Shown here one piece after another: positions 11,629 through 21,282 of a DNA stretch of 64,000 nucleotides. The stretch is from NCBI GenBank assembly GCA_963707025.1, contig CAVPOM010000012.1:288001-352000 (forward strand). Direction: 5' to 3'. Each line of letters starts with the position of its first letter. Position 1 is the first letter of the stretch. The notes beneath the pieces were generated by a model, which did not search any database, had not been told where the DNA came from, and saw only the letters and a program-made list of their open reading frames with translations. Position numbers and translations under genes: made by a program. The DNA comes from an uncultured Verrucomicrobiae bacterium (GTDB lineage: Bacteria; Verrucomicrobiota; Verrucomicrobiia; Limisphaerales; Palsa-1400).

Positions 11629-13031
11629 GGCGTTTGATAGGTAAGGCAAAGTCCCACCAAGTTCTGGGTGTATTCATCGTCGGGGATGTCGGAGGAACGG
11701 AGTGTCAAACGGTAGTTCACGCTTAAAACGAGGTCTTTCATCAGCGGATAACTGAGCGTCAATCCGCCTCCATACCAGTTGTAGGTTTCGGTGAGATTTC
11801 CCGACACATTCCCCGCCCCCTGCTTTCCGTGCTCGTAGAAAAGCGAGGTGTTCAGGTTCAGATCTTTGCAAATCGTCCAGGTAATGTTCGGCCGGAAGTA
11901 GGAGTCTTCAATCACGTCAGACAGGATGCCAAGACGAATCTCGTGGCCGGCGCTCACGGCATAGCTGAATGCCTTGCTGGCCTGGTGGGACACGGTCAAG
12001 CCGGCGTACCAAGAGTTCAAGTCCGAGGTTTGGATGGATTGTTCGACCGGGGGAACGAATGGGGCCGGAGAAAAATTTGGGATGGACTGGCTGGTGTGCT
12101 GGAATTGATAAATAGCATAGCCGGCCCGAGGCTGCACATGGAGATTCAAACCAGGTTTCCAGTCGGCGTAAAGGCCGGCGCTGTAACTTTGATTGTCGTT
12201 CAACACCGCTTGATCGTAACTTGTGTAGGAAGCGCTGCCCTCAATGCCGGCGGTCAATTGCGAATTGAACCGAAACCCGGCCCGGGCCAGCGGAAGCTCT
12301 GAAGATTGGTCAAGGTAGCTGAATTGTCCGGAGGTGGCGAGGGAAATCAGGTGATCGTAGCCAAGGGTCAACACCACATCCTCCAAATCCCAAGTGGCGC
12401 TGAGACCCGCCGTGTTGTTGAACGTTCCATATTGCGCTGTTCCAGCCAGGGCGGCCTCGGCGGCCGGATCCTCAACAGAGGAGAACCGGTCATGGAAATT
12501 AATCCAAACATCCTTGATGTACATGTCGAATGAGAGCAGGGAAGCAGAATTCAGGCGCAGGGCGCTGTACTGGCCGTGCTCCAGGTACTCGTCCCAGCCC
12601 ACCGCGGCGAAAAAACTGAGCAGGTTATGTTGCGTCACCGGATAACTCCCGGTCAATTGCAGAAGCGGCATCAGGATGAAGTCTTGTTGTGCGCCCGTCT
12701 TGGCAAGGTTTACGTTGTCGTTGAAATCCATTTCCAGCGAGGGCACGGCCAGCAACCTGAAATCCCCGGCCTTGTAGGTGTACATCTGCGCGCCGATCTG
12801 TTGGCGCTGGGCCTCCGCCGCAGCATCGCCAGCCAATGAGTTGCGCAACGAATCCTGGGCCGAAGCCGCTCCGGCGGCCAGCAGCACGGACGCGGCCAGC
12901 CACCGGCCACGCCTGGCGCCAATCGTAACCCCATGCGGGCCCGATTCGCTGGCGCCAGCAACCAGACCGCCGCTCGGTCCGTGCTTCAATTCCGAACGGC
13001 TCCAAAACTCTCGCGTTGAAATTGCAGCCAT
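11625..13031 (-). CDS. Outer-membrane beta-barrel protein of EPS export loci
   Basis: Signal peptide, FNDNVNL motif, alternating aromatic beta-strand pattern, immediately upstream of wza. Confidence 0.7.
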   Translation of the reverse strand: MAAISTREFWSRSELKHGPSGGLVAGASESGPHGVTIGARRGRWLAASVLLAAGAASAQDSLRNSLAGDAAAEAQRQQIGAQMYTYKAGDFRLLAVPSLEMDFNDNVNLAKTGAQQDFILMPLLQLTGSYPVTQHNLLSFFAAVGWDEYLEHGQYSALRLNSASLLSFDMYIKDVWINFHDRFSSVEDPAAEAALAGTAQYGTFNNTAGLSATWDLEDVVLTLGYDHLISLATSGQFSYLDQSSELPLARAGFRFNSQLTAGIEGSASYTSYDQAVLNDNQSYSAGLYADWKPGLNLHVQPRAGYAIYQFQHTSQSIPNFSPAPFVPPVEQSIQTSDLNSWYAGLTVSHQASKAFSYAVSAGHEIRLGILSDVIEDSYFRPNITWTICKDLNLNTSLFYEHGKQGAGNVSGNLTETYNWYGGGLTLSYPLMKDLVLSVNYRLTLRSSDIPDDEYTQNLVGLCLTYQTP

Positions 13032-13231
13032 ATTCTTTTCAGCCAACCATTTGCATGTTGGGGACAAAATGGCGCAAAGCGCCTTTCCTTCCACCGGTCA
13101 GCGACAGGTTCAGCAGCGCGGTCATAGTCGCCTTGACTTCATGCGACGCCATTTCGATGGCGAATTTCAAGGAGTTGACAGCACGGAACGGAACAAGGTG
13201 AAACGGGAGCATGATGTGGCACGGTTAAGGA

Positions 13232-13308
13232 CTGGCAGCATGACGGTCAATTTTCAAATACCGTGACCGCACGGCAAAGCGCCCCCTCTCCGGAAGAGGG
13301 TTTGCCGG
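13232..13308 (-). ncRNA. c-di-GMP-I (GEMM-I)-like riboswitch, atypical variant
   Basis: Minus strand GGCAAA-CCCTCT-tccgg-AGAGGG-GGCGC-TTT-GCCGTGCGGTCA...TGACCGTCATGC-TGCC in the 5' leader of the EPS operon. Confidence 0.5.
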
Positions 13309-13406
13309 CACAAAAATACTCCTGCTGACCACATGCCGAGGAGACTACACACCCAATGTTATGAAAATGCGTCGGATTGGAAACGATTGTGTGAATTCCC
13401 CCCCCC

Positions 13407-13429
13407 AAAAAAAAACCGGCGCCGCCGGT
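13407..13429 (-). terminator. Rho-independent terminator after the TPR gene
   Basis: accggc-ggc-gccggt stem followed by a T run on the minus strand. Confidence 0.6.
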
Positions 13430-13472
13430 GATCAGGCGGGCGTGGCCTGGGCGACCTGCGTTTCCATCCCCT

Positions 13473-16424
13473 TCAATGACCCTCCAATTTGCGGACTTGC
13501 TGGGTTAAGTTGGTGAATTCCAACGTGTCGTGGGGGGCGTATCGGAGGTAAAGTCTGTCGTAGCGGAGCTCTGCCGTCTTGTCGTTTTGCTTTCGGGCGA
13601 CTTGGCCCAGACCGTAATAGACCGCTGGCGACGGTTCCGGCATCATTTTTTCCACAGCCTGAAAATCATTTCTGGCGGCGTCAAGCCGGTTGACTTGCAG
13701 TTCGGAAACGGCGCGGTTGAGAAGCGGCGCCGGGTTGGCGGGATCCCGTTGCACCATCGCGGTCCACGTGATGATGGCAGCCTCATAATCCTTGATCGCC
13801 ATTTGCATTTCAGCCCTGCGGAGATTGACCAGGCTGACCTCCTGCAGGTTGGCCGTGGGGCCAGTGAGCAATTGCAGGTGTTCATCAAGGGCCGTCAACG
13901 CTTTCTTGAACCATTGGGCCGCCTCTTTCTCCCTGGCGGGGTCCTCTTTGCTGGCGCGCAATACCCGATTGCCCATGAGCCGGTAAATCTCGGCCATCAC
14001 ACCGGCAAATTTGTCATCTTTCGGATTCTTGTTGTGCGCCTCGGCCAGCAACTTATCGGCCTGCGCAAAGTTGTTCGTGGTGAGATAGGCCAGGGCTTCC
14101 ACGGCCGCCAGCTCCAGCGGATTGCCCACGGAACGTTCGCGCATGTCTCTGATGAGGGCGAAGGCTGCATCCACCAGTCCCATATCAATATAGGTGTTGG
14201 CCAGGTCCAGTTCGCCCACGGGGTTGTTGGGCGCCAACTCCAGGCTGCGTTGAAACAAAGGAGCGGCCTGCAGATAAGCGCCGCGCTGGGCAAAATACCG
14301 GCCGATTTGGATGTCCAGGTCAGGCACATCCGCCGGGCCGTAGGCACCGAGCGCAAAGTCCCAACGGTCGTTAAAATGCACGGCCACATCGGACACAGCG
14401 ATCAGCGGGCCGGCGGGGGGCGCTCCGCGTAAGTGCTCGTTGTATTGTTGGTTGGCCCGGGCCAACACGTTGTTTGGATTGAGGCGAATCGCCTCCATAA
14501 ACTGGGCGTTCGCGTCTTCGAGCAGAATCGGGAGCTTGCGCCGCATGCCGGTCTTTTGGAGTTCGGTGCCCCAGTAATCCAGAATTTGCGAATAATAGCC
14601 GGCGATCCGTCGGGCATCCGCGCTGTCCTTTGCAAGTTCCGGCAATGAGGCCAGCGATTCCCTTTCCAGCGTGTGCCAATAGGCCTGATTGGTGGCGATG
14701 GCTGGCGCAGACAGCCCCAGCGTTTCCAGCACGTTGCTCGGATAGGGATGCAAATAGCCGCCCAAACGATGGGGCGTCATGCAAACCCGCTCCAGCAAGC
14801 TGCCAAAGCTGGGATGCAAATAATAAACCCGCTGCTGCTGGACGAGATGCGCCAAAAGATCGCCTGCTTGCTGGTCCGTAATCTGCCCGGGCAGGTGGTC
14901 TCGATTGGCCAGTTCCTTCCCAAAGCTCGGGTAGCGATTGGCCAGATAGCTCAAATACTCCCGATGGACCAGCGACCGGCTCTCCACAAAAATGTATTGA
15001 TCGGGCAGATCCAGCCTCTGGCGGGCGCCCATGGCCAGATACAGCCGGGCCGGATCGTCCGCCAGCACCACGGCAGGCTCCGCGGGCATGGCTTTGGCCA
15101 TCTCTTTTCCAAATTGGGCGACCGCGGGGCTGGTGAGGTCCCGAATCGGGTGAAAACTTTCGCGGAACAACATCGCAGGCAACCCAATCGCCGCCACACA
15201 AAGCAATCCCACCACCACCCTGTTTATCATGCGCCCGATCCCCGTGGTCCGGCGCCAGCGGAGGATCTCCTCTTTCCCAAACACCAGAAGAACGTAGCCG
15301 CTGTAATACCCCACGCTCAACGCCGCCAAATAGTAAAAGCTCAGCAAGCCCGGCGCCCCCGCCATCACGCCCATGCCCATGCTCCGCGGGGTGGGGATTG
15401 ATTTCACATTGAAAAACATCAAAACCCCGAGGGCCAAAAGCACCAGGTGCAACACGCGAACCAGCGCGCGGTTCAGGCCGTGCGCGCCGGCGGCCAAATC
15501 GTCCGTGGACGACCGCCACTTGATTGCCGCGTAGAACAGCGGAAGCAAGGTGGGCACACTGGCGATGGCCGCATAGTACCTCGGTATCCTGGTCAGGAAC
15601 AGGTATTGCTCGGCCAACTTCTGGCGCAGCAGTTCCACAAAACCGCCGTCACCAGACGCGGCCCCCAGCAGCGGAATCAGCCCGTAGAACAGCAGCCCCA
15701 AGCCGCCCCAACCAGTCATCCGCATCACGAACCTCCAGTGGAAGAACCCGCTGCCTTCGATCCAGATCAGCGCCAGCAAAAAACATGGGAAAAAACCGAT
15801 CAGCGCCCCATTGTTGGCCACACCGGCCCCATAGACGAAGGCAAACAGGTTTAACCGCCTCCGGCTCCGCGAGATGCGAAACTCCAGCAGACAGAGAATC
15901 AGGAACGCGAAAACCAACAGATCCATCATTTCCCCCGTCCCCGAAACGGCGTTCTCCCAGAAGGTCAATTGCCCCGCCAGCAGCAGCACGGCGAACGCTG
16001 CCGGCAAAAACGCCGCGCGCACCGACAGCAGCGCATGTTCTCCCTCCTCCCGCCACCGCTGCTCTTCAGTGCGGTCATGCGATAAAAGCCGCACGGAGCG
16101 GGCCAGCATGGCCAGCGTCAAGGCCGCGCAAAACGCCGTCAACACATTCAACCCCATGACCCGCCAGCCCACGGGCAGCAGCCGCAATGGAAAGGTCAAA
16201 ATCAAAAACAGCGGTTGATACTGGAGTTGGGGCCGCCACGGCAGCGGACCGGGATGCCAGTCCCAGCCCGTGATCTGCGACGCAAAAGGAAGACTGCCGA
16301 ACGTCACCCAGTGGTTCAATGTCAACCCGTAGAGCGCCAGCGCCGCCAGCGCGACCAGCAGGGGACATAAAATGATGGGGCGTTTGACCCCAGGTCCGAT
16401 TGTTCTCTCGCTCTCTGCTGCCAT
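13473..16424 (-). CDS. DUF2723 (GT-C/TMEM260-like) membrane protein with C-terminal TPR repeats
   Basis: About 11 TM helices with the TFWENAVS motif, followed by TPR motifs (EAIRLNPNN, RSLELAPNN). Confidence 0.7.
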   Translation of the reverse strand: MAAESERTIGPGVKRPIILCPLLVALAALALYGLTLNHWVTFGSLPFASQITGWDWHPGPLPWRPQLQYQPLFLILTFPLRLLPVGWRVMGLNVLTAFCAALTLAMLARSVRLLSHDRTEEQRWREEGEHALLSVRAAFLPAAFAVLLLAGQLTFWENAVSGTGEMMDLLVFAFLILCLLEFRISRSRRRLNLFAFVYGAGVANNGALIGFFPCFLLALIWIEGSGFFHWRFVMRMTGWGGLGLLFYGLIPLLGAASGDGGFVELLRQKLAEQYLFLTRIPRYYAAIASVPTLLPLFYAAIKWRSSTDDLAAGAHGLNRALVRVLHLVLLALGVLMFFNVKSIPTPRSMGMGVMAGAPGLLSFYYLAALSVGYYSGYVLLVFGKEEILRWRRTTGIGRMINRVVVGLLCVAAIGLPAMLFRESFHPIRDLTSPAVAQFGKEMAKAMPAEPAVVLADDPARLYLAMGARQRLDLPDQYIFVESRSLVHREYLSYLANRYPSFGKELANRDHLPGQITDQQAGDLLAHLVQQQRVYYLHPSFGSLLERVCMTPHRLGGYLHPYPSNVLETLGLSAPAIATNQAYWHTLERESLASLPELAKDSADARRIAGYYSQILDYWGTELQKTGMRRKLPILLEDANAQFMEAIRLNPNNVLARANQQYNEHLRGAPPAGPLIAVSDVAVHFNDRWDFALGAYGPADVPDLDIQIGRYFAQRGAYLQAAPLFQRSLELAPNNPVGELDLANTYIDMGLVDAAFALIRDMRERSVGNPLELAAVEALAYLTTNNFAQADKLLAEAHNKNPKDDKFAGVMAEIYRLMGNRVLRASKEDPAREKEAAQWFKKALTALDEHLQLLTGPTANLQEVSLVNLRRAEMQMAIKDYEAAIITWTAMVQRDPANPAPLLNRAVSELQVNRLDAARNDFQAVEKMMPEPSPAVYYGLGQVARKQNDKTAELRYDRLYLRYAPHDTLEFTNLTQQVRKLEGH

Positions 16425-16494
16425 TGGCGGATCAATTCTGGACGACAGACCGCTCCCTAAACAAGGATAATACCAAGCTCAAATTCATCACCCA

Positions 16495-16531
16495 AGTCAG
16501 CCACCTCCGGCAAAGCCGGAGGTCGCTGACT
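16495..16531. repeat. 37-bp near-perfect palindrome resembling IS200/IS605 end hairpins
   Basis: AGTCAGC-c-ACCTCCGGC-aaa-GCCGGAGGT-c-GCTGACT. Confidence 0.55.
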
Positions 16532-16797
16532 CGCAGCCTGGTGACCATCAACTTTACCGTTGTCCCGGTGGCGTTCTCGGATAACTACACGATCGCAGTG
16601 ACGGAAAACTATCAAACCTTCGTGCCCTTGCCGGTGCTGGTGGCATCGCCGGTCTTGCAGACATTTGATAATGTGACCCCCGCATTCCAAGCCACCTACA
16701 CCGTCACCGTGCAGAATCAAGGCCTGGTGCAAATGACCAATGTCACCATCAGCGGACAACAGGACGAAACCGCCAGTTATCAACCCCTGATCACCTT
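16532..16797 (+). pseudogene. Fragment of a secreted Thr/Val-rich beta-strand protein, truncated by the IS
   Basis: SLVTINFTVVPVAFSDNY...YTVTVQNQGLVQMTNVTI has no credible start and runs directly into the IS end at 16798. Confidence 0.5.
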
Positions 16798-17432
16798 CAC
16801 AGCCATCCCTCAGAAAATTGAAAAAAGTGTTGGCTTGTCCATTTGAACCTGCCACACGGCAGGCATGAAAAACAAAAAAATCAAACCAACACGCTCCCGG
16901 TTTAACGTTTTGCGCCAGATTTGCAATCTCATTCCTGCGCACCAAGTCTCCAAAATTGCGCGGGAGACGGGCGTCCTGGACAAGTCGCGCACGTTCACTC
17001 CGTGGAGCCACACGGTCAGCCTGCTGGACGCCCAACTGACCCACTGCCTCGGGCTCAACGATCTGTGCGACTCGCTGCAATTGCATTCCGGGCCGCTCTC
17101 CACCTCGCGCGGCGCCACCGCCCCCAGCCGCAACGGCCTCTCCCACGCCAACCGGGAGCGTCCGGCCCGGATGGCCGAACAGCTCTTCTGGCGGATGTTG
17201 GAGCATTTGAAACAACAGGCGCCCGGCTTTGCGGGGGGAAAGCGGCGCGGCCCCGCCTTCCGTTTCAAAGCGCCCATTCATGTGATGGACAGCACCGGCG
17301 CAGAAACAAACCCGGACGAATCCAAAAAGCCAAACTCGAAAAAATCAAAATCTCATTTTACGCCAAAGGCCCAGGAAACCCTTGCAAACCAAGGGGTCAG
17401 GACCAGACTTTTCCCCTTATGAGACGGGTGTG
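16798..17432 (+). mobile_element. Internally deleted (non-autonomous) IS4-family element, 635 bp
   Basis: Both ends match the IS at 28522-29971 (CACAGCCATCCC...; ...CCCCTTATGAGACGGGTGTG); transposase homology stops at IHVMDST. Confidence 0.85.
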
Positions 17433-17440
17433 AATTAAAT

Positions 17441-19777
17441 TCAAGGCGCAGGCGAGAGCACGACCACGTCTTTGGCTCGGCTGCGCGGGACGACTTGCAA
17501 ATGGGTGACTTTCCCGTGCTCGACATGGCCGGCCACGGTGGTTTGATATGGGGCGCACAATTTGAAATCGGCGGTCCAATCGTCCGGCCAGGCGGGCAAC
17601 AGTTGAATGCGCTTGCCGTCGCATTGCATGAGCATGAGCTGGAGCGTCATCATCCCCGCGCCGCCATTGTCCATGTCGGGAATCCAGTCGCTGTTTTTCG
17701 ACCAGAACCAGGGGAACTGCTGGTTTCCATAAGAAGTGAACTCCTGCACGACCACCTTTTTCGCCTCGGCGGTCAGGCCCAATATGGCCGATTCCAGGCC
17801 ATCTTGTCCCCAGCATTTTGCAAAGGGATAAAGGCGCGCCGCGTAGGTGTCCCTGGCCAGGCCCAAATTGGGTTTGCCGACGCCATAAAGGCGGTAAGGA
17901 AAAATGGTGTAAAGCTCGGGGTTCTCCCGGTTCTTGGGGCCGTCATATTTTTCCGCCGGCAGGATGACGGGTTTCCCGTCCGGGTCGCCGCGGCCCTTGG
18001 GCGGGAGCTTGCCGCCGGCGGTGGTGCCCATCGGAAGCGGCGGCAGATCCCGGGAAATCTTTGTCCATAAACTCTGCCGGGCGGGACCCGTCATGGCCGG
18101 AGGCAGGGAAAGAAGGCGGGGCAGAACGCACATCAAGCCCGCGATATCCGGCGTTGGGTTGCAGGCGGTTGCCTGATAGGTCTCAATCGCTTGCGATGGT
18201 TCCATGTGGATCTTGCCGTCCGCCCCGCGTTGCCAATGCTGATCGTAATAAGTCAGCACGGCATCGGCCATCGGCAGCAGGAAATCGCGGGCGAAACCGG
18301 CATCCTGGGTATAATCATACCGGTCCAACATTTGCGCCAGGACTTCCAGCCCGCCCTGGATGTGGTAGCGCATCCATTCGCTTTGCAATTCCGGCCCTTT
18401 ATTGTTCCAGCCGAAATCGTTGATGTTGGGCAAACCCCAAAAATAGATCGTCTCGATGAAGGCGCCTCCGTCGTGATGGAAGTAGGCCTGGGTCCGGTCT
18501 TTGGCCAGCGGCAGCGCCTGGACATACATATTGCACCACGGCGCCAGCAGGTCGTCATCCCCCGAGGCGATCAAGGGCCAGTAGATCAAACGAGTATTCT
18601 GATTCCAGAAAGAGGCGCCCCAAGCCCGGTAGTCGGGATCGTGATTGTTCTCCGAGCTGGTGACGCCTTGGGCCAGATCATGCCCGACGGTGAAGAGCGA
18701 GCCGTTGAATTTGATGGGCTGGGCGCCGCGCCCGGCGCAGGCGGTCATGTAGCGCTGCATGCCATAACTTTGGGAAACCTTGGCGGCTTCCGGTGTGCCT
18801 GCAACTTGCATCCAGCTCCGGTCCCAGAATGCAGTCCACCATTGCTGATGGGCCTTGCGCGCCGCCTCGATACTGATGGCCTCGGTCGAGGCGATCACTT
18901 TGCCCAAGGCCGCCTGCCAGGCTTCAGGCGCGTCGGTTTGCCGGGTGAGCGCATAGAGGTCGAGGCGAACGGATCGCGAAGCTTTGGCCCTTTTCAGCGT
19001 CAGGTCATCGCTGCTCACCAGTCCGGGGCCTTTCATGGTGATTCCAAAGCAACGATGCAAAAGCGGGTCCGGATAACGTGGCAGCAGTGACTCCAAATGC
19101 TCGCGCTCGAATACCAGCGGGTAAATGCTGTTGGAATTGAAGTGACACCAGGAAATGCAATTATTCTGCGCCGGCAAAATCGTGTCGGGCCCAAAATTGA
19201 GACCGTTCGGATCGTTGCCCCATTCGAAGAAGCCCCCCCGCGAAACCGCCTGAGCCCCGAGGTGATAGGAATTCGAGCGCCACAACTCAGACCGCGCCTC
19301 CAGTTGCACCGGTTGCTCGGTCTGGACCTCCAGGTGGACCACGGGGTGGTTCGCATCCACCCATACGCGCGCGACATTTTTCCCCGCTTGAATCTGAACT
19401 TCGCCCGCTTCCAGTTTCAAAGTTTGCGTGAGGGCGGCGGGAGGAGCGAACGGGTTGGGCGTCAACTTCACGCGCACCCGTCCCAGCTTGAGCAACTGTC
19501 CATTCTCACTCCAGGCATCCGACTTCGCCAACAGCAGGACAATGTCTCCGTTTTGTTCGGTCCAAACATTGAGCGCGACGTCTCCGTTGCCGAGCGGCAT
19601 CGAGTTGTTCTCGTTTTTGCCCGCGGCATTCCAGGTGACATCATTCGCGGCGGCGAATTGGTTCGCCTGCGCCAACAAAGCCAGCGGCCAAAAGACCAGA
19701 AAGCAGAAGACAAGCATTCGTGGCATCAAGGAGCAAGCAGAATGCAACCTCTGAATATGCGGGCCAAGTTTTATCAT
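17441..19777 (-). CDS. Secreted DUF5703/GH95-like glycoside hydrolase
   Basis: Signal peptide; SMPLGNGD, PIKFNGSLF, WNQNTRLIYWP, NRENPELY, QLLPAWP. Alternative start at 19789. Confidence 0.8.
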   Translation of the reverse strand: MIKLGPHIQRLHSACSLMPRMLVFCFLVFWPLALLAQANQFAAANDVTWNAAGKNENNSMPLGNGDVALNVWTEQNGDIVLLLAKSDAWSENGQLLKLGRVRVKLTPNPFAPPAALTQTLKLEAGEVQIQAGKNVARVWVDANHPVVHLEVQTEQPVQLEARSELWRSNSYHLGAQAVSRGGFFEWGNDPNGLNFGPDTILPAQNNCISWCHFNSNSIYPLVFEREHLESLLPRYPDPLLHRCFGITMKGPGLVSSDDLTLKRAKASRSVRLDLYALTRQTDAPEAWQAALGKVIASTEAISIEAARKAHQQWWTAFWDRSWMQVAGTPEAAKVSQSYGMQRYMTACAGRGAQPIKFNGSLFTVGHDLAQGVTSSENNHDPDYRAWGASFWNQNTRLIYWPLIASGDDDLLAPWCNMYVQALPLAKDRTQAYFHHDGGAFIETIYFWGLPNINDFGWNNKGPELQSEWMRYHIQGGLEVLAQMLDRYDYTQDAGFARDFLLPMADAVLTYYDQHWQRGADGKIHMEPSQAIETYQATACNPTPDIAGLMCVLPRLLSLPPAMTGPARQSLWTKISRDLPPLPMGTTAGGKLPPKGRGDPDGKPVILPAEKYDGPKNRENPELYTIFPYRLYGVGKPNLGLARDTYAARLYPFAKCWGQDGLESAILGLTAEAKKVVVQEFTSYGNQQFPWFWSKNSDWIPDMDNGGAGMMTLQLMLMQCDGKRIQLLPAWPDDWTADFKLCAPYQTTVAGHVEHGKVTHLQVVPRSRAKDVVVLSPAP

Positions 19778-19814
19778 GTGTTCGTTCATGATGCCACCTT
19801 GGCTGTCTGGTGTC

Positions 19815-19832
19815 ATCCCCGCTTTCGGGGAT
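19815..19832. promoter_or_regulatory. Palindromic operator box 1 (ATCCCCGCTTTCGGGGAT) between divergent genes
   Basis: 7-4-7 inverted repeat; -10-like CATCAT 21 nt away (minus) and TACTTT 22 nt away (plus). Confidence 0.8.
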
Positions 19833-19962
19833 ATTTCCCGCGGCCCGCGCGGCATACTTTGAATGATACCCGAGGATGGAGCGGGCGGCGTTTCGTCTCG
19901 TGCGCGATGCTCTTTCCGTGTTTAAACTTGGATGCTGGCGCCGCCAATACGCAAATTTTATC

Positions 19963-21282
19963 ATGAACAAACTTCTCCTTGGCGTTTTCTTTTTAGGCTC
20001 GTGCGTGATTCCAACTTATGCCCAGACCAAACACAGTCCGTCCTCCCGGTTTCCAACCTACGAGGGCCGGGTAATGTGCGGCTACCAGGGCTGGTTTCGC
20101 GCGGAAGGCGACGGCTCCGGCGAAGGCTGGAGCCACTATAGCGAGCGGGGCCCGCTGACCGCCGCGAGTTTGCATCCCGACTTTTGGCCGGATGTCGCGG
20201 AATACGAAAAGACTTACCCCACCTCCCTGACCAACAAGGATGGAACCACCGCCCGCGTCTTCAGCTCCGTGGATCAAAGCACCACCGACCTGCATTTCCG
20301 CTGGATGCGGCAATATGGGATTGACGGTGTTTTTGTGCAGCGCTTTTTTGGCGGCCTGCGTTCGCCGGAAAGCCGCAAAAAGAGCCGGCTGGTCTTGGAG
20401 AATGCCATCCAATCCTCGCAGAAATACGGCCGCGCCATTGCGGTGATGTACGACCTTTCCGGTCTCAACCGCGGCGGTGATTGCCTGGCCCTGATCCAAG
20501 ATTGGAAGGAATTGGTGGATGAATTGAAAGTGACCTCGCAGGCGACCAACAATTATCTTTATCACCGGGGGAAACCGCTGGTGGTCATTTGGGGATTGGG
20601 CTTTCCAGATCGTCCTTACGACATTAAGAATATCGGCGTGGACAAGGTGATCACCTTTCTTAAGAACGATCCCGAGTATGGTGGTTGCTCGGTCATGCTG
20701 GGCGTGCCAACCTATTTCCGGGACTTGAACGTGGACACCAATCCCGATCCTTATCTTCACAAATTGATTGAGATGTCGGATGTGGTCATGCCTTGGATGG
20801 TGCAACGCTTCACACCGCTGGTGCATATGTTTGATGCCGCCCGTTACGAGGAACAGGTCAAGGCGGACCTGGCCTGGTGCAACGCACGGCATGTGGATTA
20901 TGCGCCCTGTGTTTCTGCTGGATTCAGTTGGTCCAACATGCACAATCATGGCCGGGGCGAAAACGCCCTGATTTATCCGTTGAACCAGATTCCGCGTGAA
21001 AAGGGACGGTTCTATTGGTCTGAAATCAGCGGAGCCATAGATGCCAAGGCGAAAATGCTTTATGTGGCCATGTTTGACGAAATGGATGAGGGGACGGCCA
21101 TTTTCAAGTGTTCCAACAACCCGCCGGCTGGCGTTGCCTTGTGCGACTACGAGGGCCTGCCGACGGATCATTACTTATGGCTGACCGGCAAAGCAGGGCA
21201 AATGCTGCGCGGGGAAATTCCGTTTTCAACCCGCCTGCCGGTTCGCGAGAAGTCGGAACCATCGCTCGATAGCAAGTTATGA
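19963..21282 (+). CDS. GH71/GH99-like glycoside hydrolase
   Basis: VMCGYQGWF, YGIDGVFVQRF, YVAMFDEMDEGTAIFK; signal peptide. Confidence 0.75.
   Translation: MNKLLLGVFFLGSCVIPTYAQTKHSPSSRFPTYEGRVMCGYQGWFRAEGDGSGEGWSHYSERGPLTAASLHPDFWPDVAEYEKTYPTSLTNKDGTTARVFSSVDQSTTDLHFRWMRQYGIDGVFVQRFFGGLRSPESRKKSRLVLENAIQSSQKYGRAIAVMYDLSGLNRGGDCLALIQDWKELVDELKVTSQATNNYLYHRGKPLVVIWGLGFPDRPYDIKNIGVDKVITFLKNDPEYGGCSVMLGVPTYFRDLNVDTNPDPYLHKLIEMSDVVMPWMVQRFTPLVHMFDAARYEEQVKADLAWCNARHVDYAPCVSAGFSWSNMHNHGRGENALIYPLNQIPREKGRFYWSEISGAIDAKAKMLYVAMFDEMDEGTAIFKCSNNPPAGVALCDYEGLPTDHYLWLTGKAGQMLRGEIPFSTRLPVREKSEPSLDSKL

Noticed and set aside
16504..16523. attR copy of the tRNA-Leu 3' end (CCTCCGGC)
   Set aside because: Only an 8-bp match, explained by the palindrome
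19815..19832. Operator boxes as terminators or REPs
   Set aside because: They lie only upstream of genes, lack U-tails and show fixed spacing to -10-like elements
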